In this document: in pieces, positions 60,819 through 64,000 of the stretch
How positions within the stretch are numbered: position 1 is the first letter of the stretch
Layout of the letters: every line of letters begins with the position of its first letter
Sequence record: NC_049438.1
Source of the DNA: Acinetobacter phage vB_ApiM_fHyAci03
DNA length: 64,000 nt
Strand: one strand, 5' to 3'
Translations under genes and position numbers: made by a program
Notes under the pieces: model-generated
Database searches by the model: none
The model's input: the letters and a program-made list of their open reading frames with translations, nothing else
What the model was told of the DNA's origin: nothing

Positions 60819-61910
60819 ATGAATTTTAAAGAACTAGACGATGATTTCTTAGCAAAGGCTGGCTCAATTATATCTGCTGGCCAGAGCCAAAAATCCAAAG
60901 AAACGCAAGTAAAAACCTTGACCGCTCAGTATCCTGCTGAGCGTGCTTCAGGATACGATAGTACCGGAGATTCAAGAGAATTTGACCAACTCTATCAAAA
61001 TGGCTTGCTTTTTACTGCATATGAATATTCATCTAGAACAACACCTAACTTACGTGATATGCGTACTACTATGCAAAAATCATACAAGTTATTAAATGCT
61101 ATAGATAAAATCACGTCAGCAGTCAAAAGTGTCAAAGGCGGTTTAACGTCAGCACAAAAAGATATGACAAAAAAGCCAGTTGCCAATATATTGCTGCCTA
61201 GATCAAAGAGTGATTCAGATGTAACAAGTCATAAGTTTAATGACGTAGGTGAATCATTATTAACTCGTGGCAACAACACCATTACAGGTGTCCTAAGTAA
61301 TATGGCATCTACTGCAGTGTTTGGCGCAATAGAATCTGTGACACAGGGTGTTATGGCTGACCATGGTGAACAAATTTATAACACTGCTCGTTCTATGTAC
61401 GCTGGCGCTGATAATAGAACTAAAATTTATACATGGGAATTTACACCAAGAACACCAGATGATTTAAATCAAATCTTAAAAATTTATGAGATTTTCAATT
61501 TCTTTTCATATGGCGTCACTGGTAACTCACAATTTGCCAAAGATGTTAAAAAGCACATTGATGATTGGTATAAAAATACTATTATTAATAAAGTAAATGA
61601 AGAAGTTGGCGCAAAAACCCAGAAAACATTTATGGAATCTGTCACATCATTTTTGTCAAATGTCATTACAGTTTCTAACCCTACTGTATGGTTCATCCAG
61701 AACTTTGGCACACAATCAAAATATGATGGGTTGGCTGACATTTTTGGGCCTGCTCAAATTCAAAGTATTCGTTTCGATAAAGCGCCTGATGGAAATTTTA
61801 ACGGTCTTGCAATTGCTCCAAATATGCCATCAACATTTGTTCTTGAAGTAACATTTAGAGAAATTTTGACGCAAAATAGAGCATCTATTTATGGAGAAGA
61901 TGTACTATGA
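60819..61910 (+). CDS. 48: baseplate tail tube cap gp48
   Basis: 363 aa (T4 364), synteny. Confidence 0.65.
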   Translation: MNFKELDDDFLAKAGSIISAGQSQKSKETQVKTLTAQYPAERASGYDSTGDSREFDQLYQNGLLFTAYEYSSRTTPNLRDMRTTMQKSYKLLNAIDKITSAVKSVKGGLTSAQKDMTKKPVANILLPRSKSDSDVTSHKFNDVGESLLTRGNNTITGVLSNMASTAVFGAIESVTQGVMADHGEQIYNTARSMYAGADNRTKIYTWEFTPRTPDDLNQILKIYEIFNFFSYGVTGNSQFAKDVKKHIDDWYKNTIINKVNEEVGAKTQKTFMESVTSFLSNVITVSNPTVWFIQNFGTQSKYDGLADIFGPAQIQSIRFDKAPDGNFNGLAIAPNMPSTFVLEVTFREILTQNRASIYGEDVL

Positions 61911-62785
61911 AGAATACTGCTATTGCGTTAACATTAGATGAATTTAATAGCCAAATCGCTAATAAAGATTTTCAACGCACAAATATGTTCTCTATGCATT
62001 TTGCGACTAGACCTTCTTCAAAATCACAAGAGTACATTGGGCAACTATCACGCAAAATTGATGATAGCATTGCTTCAACATTAGATGCCTTAGGAGTAAC
62101 TAATGAAAATATCCAAAATGCAATTTCAACTATAGTTACAATTGGAACTCAAAAAGTAGTTAGAAAGGCTGGTGTAACAAAGGTCTTGATGGGTGCAATG
62201 ACAAATAGGGTGGTGCAATCATTACTCGGTGAACTCAAAGTCGGCACCTATCTTTTAGAATATTTTGATTTAGCCTTTCCAACATCAGGATTGTTAGTAC
62301 AATCATGTAAAATTCCGGATAACCATCTTAACTATGAGATGGACCGACAACATAATGCACCTAGTGTAAAAATTACGGGACGTGATTATGAGCCTCTTGT
62401 AATTACATTTAGAATGGATGCCGAATCAGCTAATTATCGTGCAATGATGGATTGGGTAAATGCAGTAGAAGATCCTATTACTGGGCTCCGAGGCTTGCCT
62501 ATTGATGTTGAGGCAGACATTCAAATCAATTTGCATGGACGTAATGGTTATCCACACACCGCATATATATTCTCTGGATGTATCCCTATGGTAGTCGGTG
62601 GTCCGCAGTTGTCATATGAAGACAATAACCAAATTACCACATTTGACGTTACATATGCATATCGTTCGGTCCAAGTAGGTGCAGTAGGATTAAACGAGGC
62701 AAAAGAGTGGATGGAAAATTCTGCTATTGGCATAGGAAAAGGCCAATTTGACCCTACTATGAATTTTACTTCAAGATTGTCATAA
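61907..62785 (+). CDS. 54: baseplate tail tube initiator gp54
   Basis: 292 aa (T4 320), synteny. Confidence 0.65.
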   Translation: MKNTAIALTLDEFNSQIANKDFQRTNMFSMHFATRPSSKSQEYIGQLSRKIDDSIASTLDALGVTNENIQNAISTIVTIGTQKVVRKAGVTKVLMGAMTNRVVQSLLGELKVGTYLLEYFDLAFPTSGLLVQSCKIPDNHLNYEMDRQHNAPSVKITGRDYEPLVITFRMDAESANYRAMMDWVNAVEDPITGLRGLPIDVEADIQINLHGRNGYPHTAYIFSGCIPMVVGGPQLSYEDNNQITTFDVTYAYRSVQVGAVGLNEAKEWMENSAIGIGKGQFDPTMNFTSRLS

Positions 62786-62808
62786 ATAAAATCATTAGGA
62801 GAATACTT

Positions 62809-64000
62809 ATGTTAGAAACATTAACAGAAGCACAATTAAATGAAGTGCTTGAAACTGAAGGCAATAATTATGATGTGGTAGATTTGATGCCTAAAGCCAA
62901 AACACCGCAAATGTTTTTGCTAAAAGGTGATGGCATTGACAATTTAGTTGTTCGTTTAATGGCACAAAAGGAAGGCGGTGATACACTACGCAATCTTATG
63001 CCTAATGATAAAAATGTTGTAGTGTTTATCATGACACTAAATGATAAAGGTAACTTAGCTGAACTTAAAGGCGGTCTTGGCGCTAATCCACTTAAAGCAC
63101 TTACTACAATTTTTGATACTGTTTATAGCGCAATCAAGCCATCTGTGGTAGAAACTGTTATGTTCAGATTCCCTGCAAAGAAAATGGCAGGTCAAGAACG
63201 CGGTATACGACGTGTATTGGAACGCCTTATTCAGGTACGCGGTAAAAATCGTTTTGTAGTTTTATCTGAAATGGCAAGCTTCTCTGCCAAATATTCATAC
63301 GTAGTTGCGCATAAACGAAATTTAGAATTGACCGACATCCCTGGTGCATCAATTGACACTGAGCGTTATAAGAAAGTTGATACTAAGGTCGGTGAAGTGT
63401 ATATTGACAATGAAACAGGTAAAGACGTATCAAAGGCAGAAGCTATTGCACAGGCTGTTTCTACTGCAGCTAGTAAATTAACTACACAATCAGTTATCGC
63501 AAAGTCTAAAATCAGCCGCCGTGAAGCAATGGCAGCGATGTATTCATCAAGTGAATTTAGTGGCAAACCTGACGCACGTCGCCAAAAATATGATGATAGC
63601 CATGCAGTTGTGCCGGCAACAGGCAATAAAACTCTCATTCAACAAAACATTAACAATATTGATCTAAAGAGCATTGGTCAAACGCTGATGGAGTACGAGC
63701 ATGCAACATGGGAAGATGAAACAAAATCAAGAATTGCTATTACTCCAATAAGAAATATTGTTGTTCCGATGATCAATGATGTATTCGGTCACAGATCTAC
63801 GAGCAAAGAAGGCAAAGCAATGGCTTCTAATATCATTAGAGGCATTGGTACCATCATTGCTGATGCTAACCCTAAAGATTTGCAGTCAATGATGGTAAAA
63901 ATTTCAGAATTCATCTCGACTACAAGTTTTGGTGAACTTGACAAAACTGGGAGAATTAACTTCACTAGAGGTATAATTTTTGGATTGTTAAATGGACCAA
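62809..64000 (+). CDS. alt: Alt-like ADP-ribosyltransferase (packaged), N-terminal about 397 aa; continues beyond the window
   Basis: Manual alignment to T4 Alt (MAGQERGIRRVLERLIQVRGKNRFVVLSEM against MAGQARQIQVIADRLIRSRSGGRYVLLKEL; VGEVYIDNETGKDVSKAEAIA against VGDVYINKDTGAQVTKNEAIA); open to the window end. Confidence 0.7.
   Translation, partial: MLETLTEAQLNEVLETEGNNYDVVDLMPKAKTPQMFLLKGDGIDNLVVRLMAQKEGGDTLRNLMPNDKNVVVFIMTLNDKGNLAELKGGLGANPLKALTTIFDTVYSAIKPSVVETVMFRFPAKKMAGQERGIRRVLERLIQVRGKNRFVVLSEMASFSAKYSYVVAHKRNLELTDIPGASIDTERYKKVDTKVGEVYIDNETGKDVSKAEAIAQAVSTAASKLTTQSVIAKSKISRREAMAAMYSSSEFSGKPDARRQKYDDSHAVVPATGNKTLIQQNINNIDLKSIGQTLMEYEHATWEDETKSRIAITPIRNIVVPMINDVFGHRSTSKEGKAMASNIIRGIGTIIADANPKDLQSMMVKISEFISTTSFGELDKTGRINFTRGIIFGLLNGP

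Overview
This window is an AT-rich segment of a T4-like (Tevenvirinae-type) myovirus genome. I reached that call by aligning the ORF-track proteins against T4 proteins recalled from memory; no database search was possible. Non-CDS coordinates were counted by hand from the line labels and may be off by 1-2 nt.

Matches to T4 are close: gp23 major capsid about 75% identical, gp17 terminase large subunit higher, gp25 and gp53 and gp13 clearly alignable. From about 13.9 kb to the end of the window the gene order follows T4: 57B-57A-1-3-2-4 on the minus strand, then 53-5-5.1-5.4-6-7-8-9-10-11-12-wac-13-14-15-16-17-18-19-20-67-68-21-22-23-24 on the plus strand, hoc-inh on minus, uvsW on plus, 26-25 on minus, and 51-27-28-29-48-54-alt on plus. 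Several exact TATAAATA late-promoter boxes sit about 20-27 nt upstream of starts, and GC-stem/T-run terminator hairpins follow wac, 18, 23 and 24.

Features that break the T4 backbone: a 476-aa zinc-ribbon plus nuclease-like ORF between 23 and 24 on the opposite strand; an HNH homing endonuclease after uvsW; a GIY-YIG-only ORF; an extra 145-aa ORF between the terminase subunits; gp27 fused to a C-terminal CHAP-like peptidase domain; fibritin with a non-foldon C-terminal globular domain; and a ~110-bp near-identical inverted repeat pair 39 kb apart that brackets the structural module.

The left 13.8 kb is an accessory region on the minus strand. It holds two tRNA clusters with six canonical tRNAs (Trp, Phe, Pro, Ser, Thr, Cys) and one atypical short-variable-arm Leu(UAG)-like tRNA, plus several tRNA-like elements whose arms are non-canonical. 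It also holds a 78-aa release-factor GGQ-domain homolog whose GGQ motif is replaced (SGARRW), a minimal nucleotidyltransferase with a downstream partner, an AAA+ ATPase, a TraR/DksA zinc finger, and a five-gene operon of signal-peptide proteins. No CRISPR array, integrase or intron was seen.
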